DNA from: Malacoraja senta
Lineage: Eukaryota
Length of the DNA stretch: 64,000 nucleotides
NCBI GenBank assembly: GCA_038087875.1
Contig: JAXLNO010000061.1
Location: 1 to 64,000 of the forward strand
Direction of reading: 5' to 3'
In this document: positions 23,719 through 36,030 of the stretch, piece by piece
How the letters are laid out: every line of letters starts with the position of its first letter
Numbering within the stretch: position 1 is the first letter of the stretch
The notes under the pieces: model-generated
The model's database searches: none
Told to the model about the DNA's origin: nothing
Seen by the model: only the letters and a program-made list of their open reading frames with translations
Program-made: the position numbers and the translations under genes

Positions 23719-26709
23719 ATTGTAACCTCCACGTATCCTCGGTGCAGCACGTCAACGTGTATACGAGAATGATAGGATTGTTCCTTCTCCAGCACCACAT
23801 TTCGCCTGTAGGGATACTGCCTTCTCACCGCTCTGCTCAGCATAGGTGATCCTTTAGTTTCTTTGCTAGATTTTCTCCAAAACAGATTTAGGCATTTGTA
23901 TATTGCATGGTTTGCAGAGCCTGCATACTTAGGATGAATATTTGGTCTTATTGCATTTTTATGAATACAATTTATTTCAAAGTGCACACTACACATGAGT
24001 GCTACATTTTGTTGTGAATACGATATATAACCTTCATCCAAACCACTGACCCCAGAAATTTCAGCACTTATGTAATTTCAATTCTTGTGAGCGTAAACCA
24101 CTGCTCAAATTACCCATATCAAGTTTATTCACTGCTGTAACTGCTAAAATTTTCCGGGTCTCATATTTTTTGATAGTCTCATCCATGGTTAATTCCTGGG
24201 CTGATGGGAGAGTAGATAATTTATAGTCATAGCTATTTTCTCTCTCAAAGGTTCCCCTGTTACTCTGGGAACAGCAAAGTTTTGTGCCAGCCTTGGAACA
24301 TTTTTGGCTCTGATAATGGGCTCTGGTCCTTATTTAAATCATCATCTAAATCTAGATATTCATTTTTATGTTGGGTAATTTCTGGCTCCTCTGTTTCAGG
24401 TAAGTCTCTGCCAGATTCCCCCTGCGCGGGCTCTCTTGTAGGCCCACGGACAGGCAGCCCTGCTTCAGGTGCTGCTGGCGCTGGCTCAATTCTAGGCCAA
24501 CGCTTCATTATTTTTACTCTTTATATTTGTCGGTGCTGGCACATTTATCATTGCACGTTTGTGCTGCCTTTTGTTCAGGCATTTCTAGTACTGGCTCTCC
24601 AATAGGCCAACACATAACTTGCCTTTTTTCTGGCATTTTTGGGCACTGGCTCTCCTGTAGGCCAACCTCTTTAATGTTTCTGCACAGGCACTGATGGCTC
24701 TCCTGTAGGCCACCCTTGTGCCTGTTCCAAGGCACCTCCTGTACTATACTTCATTGGCCAACACTGACTTAAATCCTCCTGTGGGGGTTCTTTACAAATC
24801 ATCTGCCCCATAAGGAGTTAAAACGTTTTTGACCCTTGCAGTGTAATACTCTTTCCTGCCGGAGGTGGGCATACCTCCGGGTCTGACTCATCCGAGTCTA
24901 CAGGTCGGGCCGATTTTTTTTTTTTTTCTCAGCCTTGCGCCCGCCCGCGGCAGTTTAACGCACATTCGACCACAACGGGAGCTAATGGCTTCGCTGCCAC
25001 TGACTCCTCTGACTGACGCCCGCTACCCTTAGGATCTGGGGTTTTACTACGGTGCGTCCCTGTCCGCCTCTCCTTCCCATTTCTCTATAATAAACTTGTG
25101 TGGAGCTCCACCAAACAAGTCTAAACGGGAAGGAAACGCTCCTGTAAGTGAAAAGTAACCCACTTACCTTCCGACTTTTGTTTTACTTTTGTTTTACTCC
25201 CGGCTGGAGGAGCTCCTGCTCCTCCACACACGGTCATGAACGCTATGCGTCTGATCGATAATGACGCGTGTGCGGCTGGACGGGGCTTCTTCACGTAGTC
25301 ACTCACGTGACTCCGAAGTAAAATTGCTAGGTTTACTCTTAGAACCCTTTTTAAACAACGGAACAACATGCGCAGTACGCCAATCCTCCGGCACTATTCC
25401 CGTTTCTAATGACATTTGAAATATTTCTGTCATAGCCCCTGCTATTTCTACACTAACTTCCCTCAATGTCCTTGGGAATATCCTGTGATGACCTGGAGAC
25501 TTATCTGTTTTCATATTTTTCAAAAGTGTCTGCAGCTCCTCTTCTTTGAATCTCATAGTTTCCATTGCTACTCTGCTTGTTTCCCTTACCTCACATAATT
25601 CCATATCCTTCTCCTTGGTGAATAACGAAGAAAATAAATTGTTCAATATCTCCCCCATCTCTTTTGGCTCTGCAGATAGCTGTCCACTCTGGCTCTCTAA
25701 TGGACCAATTTTATTCCTTGTTATGCTTTTGCTATTAATATAGCTGTAGAAACCCTTTGGATTTACTTTCACCTTACTTGCCAAAGCAACCTCATATCTT
25801 CTAATTTCTTTCTTAATATTCTTTTTACATTCTTTATACTCCTCAAGCACCTCATTTACTCCATGCTGCCTATAATCATTGTAGATCTCTCTCTTTTTCC
25901 GAACCGTGTCCAATTTCTCTTGAAAACCATGGCTCTTTCCAATTTTTACTATTTCCTTTCAACCGAACAGGGACATAAAGATTATGTACTCTTAAAATGT
26001 CACCCTTAAATGTCCTCCATTTCTTTTCTACATCCTTCCCATAAAACAACATGTCCCAATTCACTCCTTTTAAATCCTTTCACATCTCCTCAAAGTTAGC
26101 CTTTCTCCAATCAAAAATCACAACCCTAGGTCCAGTTCTGACCCTCTCCATAATTATATTGAAACTAATGGTATTGTGATCACTGGATCCGAAGTGCTCC
26201 CCAACGCTTACCTCCGCCACCTGCCCTGTCTCATTTCTTAACAGGAGGTCCAGCACTGCCCCTTCTCTAGTAGGTACCTCTATGTATTGCTGCAAAAGAC
26301 TATCCTGCACACATTTTACAAACTCCAAACCATCCAGCCCTTTTACAGAATGTGATTCCCAGTCTATGTGTGGAAAATTGAAATCTCCCACAATCACTAC
26401 CTTGTGCTTACTACTAATATCTGCTATCTCCTTACATATTTGCTCTTCCAATTCTCGCTCCCCATTTGACGGTCTATATTACCCAGGGACCGTTGCAGGA
26501 TGAGGAGCGGCGTCCGGGTGGTGAGTAGATAAACGGCACGGGGCTTTGCTTTCCAGAGGCCCAGGGACCGTTGCAGGAGGAGGAGCCAAAAACTGCAACG
26601 TTCCATTCAAGTTTCCTTTAAGTGAGGCAGCCGCTGATTGGTGGAAGGAGGACCAAGAGGAAGCAGCTGATTGGGAGTCAGATCCCTGCTGATTTCCTCC
26701 ACCAGGTTG

Positions 26710-26823
26710 TATTGTATCCAGCGTAAGGCTTTGTATTGTATCCAGGGTAAGGCTTTGTATTGTATCCAGGGTAAGGCTTTGTATTGTATCCAGGGTAAGG
26801 CTTTGTATTGTATCCAGGGTAAG
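26710..26823 (+). repeat. 24-bp tandem repeat in the CR1 5'UTR
   Basis: About five units of ggctttgtattgtatccagggtaa. Confidence 0.85.
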
Positions 26824-26831
26824 GGGGGAGT

Positions 26832-27747
26832 ATGAGGGCCAGGACAGTTTACTGTTCTGGATGTCAGATGTGGGAGGTCATGGAGTCTGATACCCCTCCA
26901 GACGTCCACATCTGTGTCAGGTGCATGGAGATGGGGTTCCTAAGGGACCGTGTTAGGAACCTGGAGCAGCAGCTCGATGACCTCTGTCTGATCAGGGAGA
27001 GTGAGGAGGTCATAGAAAGGAGTTATAGGGAGGTGGCCACTCCAAGACCATGGGAGACAGACAAGTGGGTCACGGTTAGGAAGGGCAAGGGGCAGAGGCA
27101 GGGACTAGTGAGTACCCCGATGGCTGTACACCTTGAAAATAAGTACTCCTGTTTGAGTACTGTTGGGAGGGACAGCCTTCCTGGGGGTAGCGACAGTGGC
27201 CGGACCTCCGGCACAGAGACCGGCCCTATTGCTCAGAAGGGTAGGTAAAAGAAGAGGAGGGCAATAGTAATAGGGGACTCTATGGTTAGGGGGTCGGATA
27301 GGCGATTCTGTGGACGCAGTCAGGAGACCCGGATGGTAGTTTGCCTCCCTGGTGCCATGCGTCCAAGATATCCTGAAATCGGAGGGAGAGGAGCCTGAGG
27401 TTGTGGTACATATAGGCACCAATGACATAGGCAGAAAAAGAGAAGATATCCTGAAAGGACAATTTAGGGAGTTGGGAGGAGAGTTAAGGAGAAGGTCCGC
27501 AAAGGTAACAATCTCAGGATTACTACCTGTGCCACGCGACAGTGAGAGTAGGAATGAAATTAGGTGGAGGATAAATGCGTGGCTGAGGAACTGGTGCAGC
27601 GGGCAGGGATTCAAATTTCTGGATCATTGGGACCTCTTTTGGGGAAGGTGTGACCTGTACAGAAAGGACGGGTTGCACTTGAACCCGAGGGGAACCAATA
27701 TCCTGGCGGGGAGATTTGCAAAGGCTACTGGGGAGACTTTAAACTAG
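26832..27747 (+). pseudogene. CR1 ORF1 (zinc finger/coiled coil plus SGNH esterase), broken
   Basis: CSGC..CVRC, GDSMVRG, VVVHIGTND, DGLHL. Stop at 27248 and frameshift near 27352. Confidence 0.88.
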
Positions 27748-28387
27748 AACGGTTGGGGGGAGGGCCTCAAATAGAGAAAGATAGTAGAAAATGTGGGAGG
27801 CAGGAGGCAGAGAAGGGAAGCACTCGGACCCAAAATGTAGGGGAGAAAGAAGAAAAAGATAATAAACAGAGAATAAGTGGTGGTGGGTTTCTTAAATGTG
27901 TATATTTTAATGCTAGGAGCATTGTAAGAAAGGTGGATGAGCTTAGAGTCTGGATTGACACCTGGAAGTATGATGTTGTGGCGATCAGTGAAACATGGTT
28001 GCAGGAGGGCTGTGATTGGAAACTAAATATTCCAGGATTTCGTTGCTTCAGAGGTGATAGAATTGGAGGGGCAAGAGGTGGGGGTGTTGCATTGCTTGTC
28101 AAGGAAGATATTACAGCAGTGCTTTGGCCGGATAGATTAGAGGGCTCGTCCAGGGAGGCTATTTGGGTTGAGCTGAGAAATGGGAAAGGTGTAGCAACAC
28201 TTATAGGGGTTGGGGGCTGTATGAATGGTGACGGTTGCCACAGCACATGAGCATTCGTACAGATTTTACTCTCCCACTTATCCAAATCAATCCTCGTAGT
28301 CTCTCTCTATCAAACCAAAGCCAAGCATTAGATCATGCACACCGTTGTTCGTGTTGTCTTTAAATCTATAGTGGATCAGTTTTAAGT

Positions 28388-28495
28388 TTGTTACACTGGT
28401 CTTCAGTCTGTCAAACAATTGATTTCAAAATATTACTGTTGGTTTATAAAACACTGAATGGTCTAGGGCAAAAATACATTTGTGATCTGCTAAAT
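28388..28495 (+). mobile_element. L2 LINE ORF2 3' fragment
   Basis: LHW..VCQTIDFKILLLVYKTLNGLG..YICDLL. Confidence 0.65.
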
Positions 28496-28552
28496 GGAAA
28501 ACCAGCGTTTATAATACAGAATATCAATCAGCCAAATTCTAAAATATGTTGC

Positions 28553-28747
28553 TGGTACACAAAAATGCTGGAGAAACTCAGCGGGTGCAGCAGCATCTAT
28601 GGAGCAAAGGAAATAGGCAATGTTTCGGGCCGTAACCCTTTAACGTTGCCTATTTTCTTCGCTCCATAGATGCTGCTGCACCCGCTGAGTTTCTCCAGCA
28701 TTTTTGTGTACTTTTGACTTTCCAGCATCTGCAGTTCCTTCTTAAAT
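28553..28747. repeat. Palindromic element (Penelope-end-like inverted repeat)
   Basis: gtacacaaaaatgctggagaaactcagcgggtgcagcagcatctatggagc is inverted against ~28660-28711. Shorter relatives at ~34885-34965, ~43550-43583 and ~44680-44728. Confidence 0.6.
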
Positions 28748-29904
28748 ACTCTAATATGTTGCTGTTCTGTATCACTTCATTCTGTCTCCTTATATGTTCT
28801 AATTACCATAACAGGGCCCCTCTTATCTTTCCGACGAGGGAAAGCCTGTCTAAGAGAAATATGAGTGACCGTGTGAAATATATCAGCAAGCAATGAGTTC
28901 CTTCATGCCTTGTGTTTCAATTTTGGCCAAAAATTTCACACAAAACTATTAGATTCTCACAGCACAAATTTGCACATCAAAATAAATTCCACAATTAAAT
29001 AAATTCCACAGTACAACTCCACAAAACTAAGTATCTTTTACGTATCGTTAGCTTTTAGATAATGTGTGAATGGTGCACTGACTGGTTGGCATTTTTAATT
29101 TCGTTGTACATGTTTACATGTTATAATGACAATAAAGTATTCATTCATTCATTCATATTTAGAACCACAAAGGTTTTAAAAAAAGAAAAGAGTGGCAACC
29201 TCCCCACCTACAGAAGAATAATATACTCCCGCAGCCAAGCAGTCAAACTGCTGCTTCGAGGTGATCGATGTTAACGCCCCCAAACAAATTGCCATTTCTT
29301 AAAGGGACATACACACATACAAAAGCATTTATTTACAAGCAGTACATAATATTTCATCTTCAAAGAAGTCTCTTTGTAATATACCTTCCCGTTTTCTGAC
29401 AAGACTGTTCTGTATACCAGAATCCTTTATCGGCTCAGAACATGCAAGGTCATGGCACTAATATTCTGTGCCAAAAGTTATTCAAACCTCAAAGGCAATT
29501 TGTTTTAAATGGTAGGCTGTTAGCTGAGGTTTAACTGTATTAGCAGCCACGAGTCGCTTGCTTTTTCTTTTCTACTTTTACCTGGATCCATAAAACACAT
29601 GTGCTTATTAAAAAATCATAGCAAAATTATGAACACAGCAAAATTAGGCTGCCAGTTCGTTCATAGCCTTGAAAAGAACATTGAGCTGCTTTAGCCAGAT
29701 AAGAGATAGAACTTGGGTGAGTGACAATTTGGATGAACACTTTTGAAATAGTTTTTGGTTTTAACAAATACTAATCTTTAAACATTGAAAGTAAAACGAT
29801 TACAAAACAGATAAAATACACATCAGGTATCCAAAAGCAAAAATCATGCAACATTAGAGACGTCTCTCTATTAATTTTATATTTTCCTCCCCTTATCTGA
29901 CAAA

Positions 29905-31417
29905 AGCCGTTCTGGCTATATTTAAAAAAAATTGTATTATTATTGGGCAGCAAATGTCAAAAATATGATTCACCTGTTGGACAACTCAGTCCAGCAGGTG
30001 GATTAGATAGTAATGGAGAGAGAGGATTGTTCCCCTTTTAATATAGGAGCGATCCTTCTCTCACCAACAAAATTGAATAATACAATATATAGTAAAAATC
30101 CAATAATTCATAGTACAATTAGAATTTGGAAACAAATAAAATTAACTTTAAAATTAAGAAACCTATCGCTGCTCTCACTTATAGTTAATAATCCGTCGTT
30201 TAAACCATCTATTATAGAAAAATTATTTACATACTGGGACAGAATAGGAATTAAAACATTTGGAGACATGTACGATAATGGAATTTTTTTATCATTTCAC
30301 CAACTACAACTTAAATACAATTTGAGAAGTAATCAATATTTTAAATATTTTCAAATCCGTGACTATTTGAAAAAATATACACAAGAATATCAAAATTTAT
30401 CTCCAGACCTATTAGACGATGCTATGAATATAAAGGCGGAATCAACTAATTTAATATCATACTTGTATAATATCATCCTAAATATAGAAATACCATCATC
30501 TGATAGAATTAGAAGAGATTGGGAACAAGAACTAGCTATAAAAATCTCGAAAGAGAGTTGGGATAAACACTTGCTATATGTGCACAAATGCTCGATTAAT
30601 GTAAGACACATTCTAATTCAATTTAAAAGTTTACTTTGACTATACTACTCAAAAACTAAAATAAGTACATTTTATCCAAATGTCTCTTCCATCTGTGATA
30701 AATGTCTAACCCAAGAAGCACATTCTTTTGTTTTTTGTATAAAAATTCAAAAATTTTGGAATGAAATCTTTGAAATTTTTACGAAATTATTTAAAATAAC
30801 ACTGAAACCGAATGCAGAACTGATTATTTTCGGAACAATGGAAGCCAGCTTTGAGCTGACTTCGTTTCAAAAGAGCTTCCTTAATTACGGCTTAATAATG
30901 GCAAAAAAACGTATACTGAAATTCTGGAAAAACGCTCCCACACCAACGATAAAAATGTGGATTTCTAATAGGTCCGAACTGTTACACCTAGAAGATATGA
31001 GATTCCTCTTAGCAGGCAAATCAGACCATTTCCAAAATATTTTGTCTCCATTTATCGACTTATTTACAAGCATTGGGTGCAACAAAACGTTGAAAATAAA
31101 TGGTTTCAGGACCTGTTGAGGGGTGTTTAAAGATACGAAGTAGGTACATCCCTTTTATCTTATCTTATCTTATCTTACTTTTTTTTTTCTTTCTTTTTCT
31201 TTGTTTTTCAGTTTAACTCTTTCTTGTGGTTTAGGTCCCTACGGGTCTCTCTGGACCACTCTTTCACTCACTCACTATCTTTGCTAACTCTTTCTATCTT
31301 TCTTCTTTTTAAAGTTTAAAATAAGAGGTGGTGCAAGAAATGTATAATTTTATTTTTGCTTGATATCACTGCAATGTACAATACTTCTAATTTAAAAAAA
31401 TTAAAAAATTAAAAAAA
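29905..31417 (+). mobile_element. 5'-truncated L1 (ORF2 C-terminus, 3'UTR, polyA)
   Basis: Homologous to ~54680-56258. ORF pieces 30013..30639 and 30838..31119. A-rich tail at ~31393-31417. Confidence 0.9.
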
Positions 31418-31500
31418 CATTTTTTAAAATTGTTTCTATGGGAACCAATTTGCAGAATGATGCAGAATTAGCAATCTAGGAAATTCCCCTGGCAGATTTT

Positions 31501-31554
31501 GTGAAGTAGGACTGGGGAGCTAAATAAGATGGCGGGGACCACGCTAGCTCTTAC
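31501..31554 (-). mobile_element. Deleted remnant of the same ERV LTR family (possible 5' LTR)
   Basis: gtgaagtaggac matches 12588 and agctaaataagatggcggggac..ctagctcttac matches 13854-13890. Confidence 0.6.
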
Positions 31555-32160
31555 CCACCCCTGTTTACCCCAAAGGACAAAATGTCCAACGTATATACAA
31601 TAATAAATAAATCGTCATTTGCATTATTTTGTGAGGCTAACAAATTACAATTTGCTGCTTTGAGGGCTTTGGTGCAGATGGGAGGTTCTCATTCTTCCTC
31701 TTGATTATCCTGCGTTGGGAAGACAGATGTTTCGGTGGGTTAGGGATGTCAAAGAGCATTGGAACTGAATTCCAATTTAGCTTGTTCTTGGTCTGCTTGT
31801 TGGAAAACTGGTCAAGTTCGAAGTGTTCATAACAAAGATGGCAATTCTTTGACAAGTACTCCGTAGTTCGGTGTAGGAGATCTTGTTGACGAGTATTCTG
31901 GACCCACTGTCGACATCTGAAATTGCAGTAAAATATCATATAGAATTAACTTATAAGAACAAATTTAATTATAACTACATACCTGCAAAATGGATGATAT
32001 ATGCAATTGTTTTCAGGGGTGGGGAGAGACATGTATATTGAAGATGCATTTTTCCTTTAATAGGTCAATTTATCTTAAATGTAGAAGAGCTTACACCAGC
32101 ATGCATGCCTTACAACAACAAAACCAAAAATGTACAGCAGTGTAAAAATTGATGCCTTTA

Positions 32161-34878
32161 GCTATATAATTTTAAAAAGTCTAAACTTGACCACTTCCTG
32201 TTTGCACTGCATATTGATTTTAGAAAAAACGCTACCACTTATGGCTGTGATTTTTGGCCATCTTACTCATATTCCCCCTCTGCTGCGCAGGACAAGAGGA
32301 TTTTTCCCATCGACGAAAGATATAAGACTTATTAATGTTTTAAAAATGTTGAGATACTCTCTCCTGTCAATCACTCCAAGAAGGCAATGCCCCTTCCGGT
32401 GGGACGGGGAGGGACTATAAAACCCAGAAGTGTGGACGTGACTCAGTCTCTGCAAGATGGGGGAGGGAGAGGTCACAACTCTCAGTCTGAGCTGTGAATA
32501 ACACTGAACACATGTCTACTAAACAGTGCGTGTGGTTTTATTGACCTGTGAGAGCCCTTAATGTGGTTTGAAAATGCTAAAGTGGTTGGTTTGAAAATGC
32601 TAAAATGGTTGGTTTGAAAATGCTAAAGATTAAAAGTCTAATCTTGACAAATTCCTGTTTGAGTTGTATATTGATTTTAGAAAAAACGCTGCCACGTACG
32701 GCTATGATTTTTGGCCATCTTACTCTGAGTCCCCCTCCGCTCATCAGCTGCCGAGCATTTTTCCCATTGATGAAAAATGAAAGAGTTATTAGTGTTTAAA
32801 AAATGTTGAGCTCCTCTCTCATGTCAATCATGCCATGAAGGCCATGCCCCTTCCGGTGGGAGGGGGTAGGGACTATAAAACTCAGAAGTGTGGGCGTGGC
32901 TAGGTCTGTGCAAGATGAGGGAGGGAGAGGCCACGACTCTCTGCCTGAGCTGTGAATCAACTGAACACACTGAATGTCTAATGAACTGTAAGTGTGGTTT
33001 TTATGTGGTTTCACCCAGCTTGAAATGGAATGAAACTGCATTTGAATTTTGTGGCCTTGCACCCTGCTTGAAGTGGTATGAAACTGCACTTGAATTTGGT
33101 GGCCTTGCACCCTGCTTGAAGTGGTATGAAACGGCACTTGAATTTGGTGGACTTGCACCCTCCTTGAAGTGGTATGAAACTGCACTTGAATTTGGTGGCC
33201 TTGCACTCTGCTTGAAGCAGTAGGAAATTGCACTTGAATTTGGTGGCCTTGCACTCTGCTCGAAATGGCATGAAACTGCACTTAAATTTGGTGGCCTTGC
33301 ACCCTGCTTGAAGTGGCAAAAACTGCACTTGAATTTGGTGGCCTTGCACCATGCTTGAAGTGGCATGAAACTGCACTTGAATGTGGTGGCCTTGCACCCT
33401 GCTTGAAGTGGCATGAAAATGCACTTGAATTTGGTGGCCTTGCACCCTGCTTGAAGTGGCATGCAACTGCATTTGAATTTGGTGGCCTTGCACCCTGTTT
33501 GAAATGGCATGAAACTGCATCTGAATTTGGTGGCCTTGCACCCTGCTTGAAATGGCATGAAGCTGCATTTGAATTTTGGTGGCCTTGCACCCTGCTTGAA
33601 ATTTTATGAAACGGCATTTGAATTTGGTGGCCTTGCACCATGCTTGAAATGGTATGAAACTGCATTTGAATTTGGTGGCCTTGCACTCTGCTTGAAATGG
33701 TATGAAACTGCATTTGAATTTGGTGGCCTTGCACCCTGCATGAAATGGAAAGAAGCTGCATTTGATTTTGGTGGCCTTGCACTCTGCTTGGAATGGTATG
33801 AAACTGCATTTGAATTTGGTGGCCTTGCACCCTGCTTGGAATGGTATGAATCGACATTTGAATTTGGTAGCCTTGCACCCTGCTTGAAATGGTATGAAAT
33901 GACATTTGAATTTGGTGGCCTTGCATCCTGCTTGAAATGGTATGAAATTGCATTTGACTTTGGTGGCCTTGCACCCTGCTTGAAATGGTATGAAACGGCA
34001 TGAATTTGGTGGCCTTGCACCCTGCTTGAAATGGTATGAAACTGCACGAGTTTGGTGGCCTTGCACCCTACTTCAAATGGCATGAAACTGCACTTGAGTT
34101 TGGTGGCCTTGCACCCTGCTTGAAATGGCATGAAACTGCACTTGAATTTGGTGGCCTTGCACCCTGCTTGAAATGGCATGAAACTGTACTTGAATTTGGT
34201 GGCCTTACACCCTGCTTGAAATGGCATGTAACTGCACTTGAATTTGGTGGCCTTGCGAACTGCTTGAAATGGCATGAAACTGCACTTGAATTTGTTGGCC
34301 TTGCACCTTGCTTGTAGTGGCATGAAACTGCACTTGAATTTGGTGGCCTTGCACCCTGCTTGAAGTGGCATGAAACTGAACTTGAATTTGTTGGCCTTGC
34401 ACCCTGCTTGAAGTGGCATGAAACTGCACTTGAATTTGGTGGCCTTGCACCCTGCTTGAAGTGGCATGAAACTGCACTTGAATTTGGTGCACCCTGCTTG
34501 AAGCGCATGAATCTGCACTTGAAATTGATGGCCTTGCACCCTGCTTGAAATGGTAGGAAACTGCAATTGGTGGCCTTGCACCCTTGAAATGGAATGTCAA
34601 GGAATAGCTGTGAGTCAACTGCCAGCTCACCAGCCATGAGTGAGCTGCCAGCAAACCAGGCTTGAGTGACTGAGCTGCCAGCCCAAGAATCCATTCGGCC
34701 CACAATGTCCATACTAGCCCTCTGCAAACCAGTCCCTTCAGCCCACAACACCCAAACGAGTGTTCCAGAAAGCCCCACCCCCCACCCACACACCCCCCAC
34801 TGGCCAACAATATTATATTTGGTGGAGAGGTGGAATATTGTGTTGGGTGACCAGCCCTCCCATGTGAACATGGTCTAG
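32161..34878 (+). mobile_element. Non-autonomous Helitron
   Basis: The empty paralogous site at ~43540 (ccttta|ttattg) shows insertion between A and T with no TSD. Ends ccatg-tgaa-catgg hairpin then TCTAG. The 5' module is duplicated. Confidence 0.8.
33010..34595. repeat. 48-bp minisatellite (~33 units) inside the Helitron
   Basis: Unit ggtggccttgcaccctgcttgaaatggcatgaaactgcacttgaattt. Confidence 0.95.
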
Positions 34879-35008
34879 TTATTGTTTAAGAAGGAACTGC
34901 AGATGCTGGAAAATCGAAGGTAGACTGAAATGCTGGAGAAATTCTCCAGCATTTTTGTCTACCTTTATTATTGTGGTAAGTCTAGATCTATAAAATACTT
35001 TCTAATAA

Positions 35009-35695
35009 CAATAGACAATAGACAATAGACAATAGGTGCAGCAGTAGGCCATTTGGCCCTTCGAACCAGCACCACCATTCAATTTGATCATGGCTGATCA
35101 TTTCCAATCAGTACCCTGTTCCTGCCTTCTCCCCATATCTCCTGACTCCACTATCTTTAAGAGCCCTATCTAGTTATCTCTTGAAAGCATTCAGAGAACC
35201 TGCCTCCACCGCCCTCTGAGGCAGAGAATTCCACAGACTCACCATTCTGTGAGAAAAAGTGTTTCCTTGTCTCCGTTCTAAATGGCCTACTCCTTATTCT
35301 CAAACTGTGACCCCTGGTTCTGGACTCCCCCAACATCGGGAACATGTTTCCTGCCTCGAGTGTGTCCAAGCCCTTAACAATCTTATATATTTCAATGGGA
35401 TTCCCTCTCATCCTTCTAAACTCCAGAGTGTACAAGCTCAGCTGCTCCATTCTCTCAGCATATGACAGTCCCGCCATCCCGGGAATTAACCTTGTAACCT
35501 ACGCTGCACTCCCTCAATAGCAAGAATGTCCTTCCTCAATTTAGGGGACCAAAACTGCACACAATACTCCAGGTGCGGTCTCACTAGGGCTCTGTACAAC
35601 TGCAGAAGGACCTCTTTGCTCCTATATTCGATTCCTCTTGTTATAAAGGCCAACATGCCATTCGCTTTCTTCACTGCCTGCTGTACCTGCATGCT
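35009..35695 (-). mobile_element. 5'-truncated CR1
   Basis: QQAVKKANGML..LVRPHLEYC, (caatag)n tail, TSD taata confirmed by the empty site at ~44765. Confidence 0.9.
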
Positions 35696-35809
35696 TAATA
35701 ACTTGCTCATGTACCAAAAAATTATGTCTTATATAATATAATACATTGTTGGGATCATAAGAATAGAATTGTATATGTTACAGTCATCATACATTGGGAA
35801 TGAAATTAA

Positions 35810-36030
35810 AGGCCTGTCCCACTTGGCCTCATTTGCGCATAATTTACGCGACATCATTTACGCATCACGACGCACGAGATGCACGCATGGTGCGCATTAC
35901 GCGCGCATGGTGCGTGATGACATAGGCAGCGATGCACGGCCGCACACCGCGTCGCAGGATTGTGTGATGTACAAAATCTTCGCGCGCCATCTGCGTGTCG
36001 CGCAAATGACGGCCAAGTGGGACAGGCCCT
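35810..36030. mobile_element. Harbinger/PIF-type MITE
   Basis: TIRs aggcctgtcccacttggc / gccaagtgggacaggccct with a TAA TSD. Absent at the paralogous site ~44875. Confidence 0.88.

Larger units (their letters stand above)
20339..25324 (-). mobile_element. DIRS-type retrotransposon B
   Basis: ~35-bp inverted repeats (20411-20445 / 25261-25295) and ICR at ~20560-20672. Removing the element restores the CR1 sequence ctataat|tgctagg. Confidence 0.93.
18927..28210 (-). mobile_element. Near full-length CR1 LINE with inverted 5' part, interrupted by DIRS B
   Basis: Minus strand 18927-20338 plus 25325-26481 holds the ORF2 APE tail, RT (YMDFSKAFD, SGVPQGSVLGP, KYADD) and 3' tail. Plus strand 26482-28210 holds the 5'UTR, ORF1 and ORF2 start. 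gttgg lies at both outer flanks. Confidence 0.88.

Noticed and set aside
28553..28747. Possible Penelope-associated hammerhead ribozyme
   Set aside because: The centre of the palindrome lacks an intact CUGANGA..GAAA core in this copy.
12497..31560. Complete provirus bounded by two LTRs with a TSD
   Set aside because: The putative 5' LTR is a ~54-bp remnant, no PBS is evident and the flanks do not match, so the full extent cannot be established.
33001..34871. Long Cys/His-containing repetitive ORFs on both strands
   Set aside because: By-product of a 48-bp (multiple of 3) minisatellite; several frames are open and units are frameshifted.
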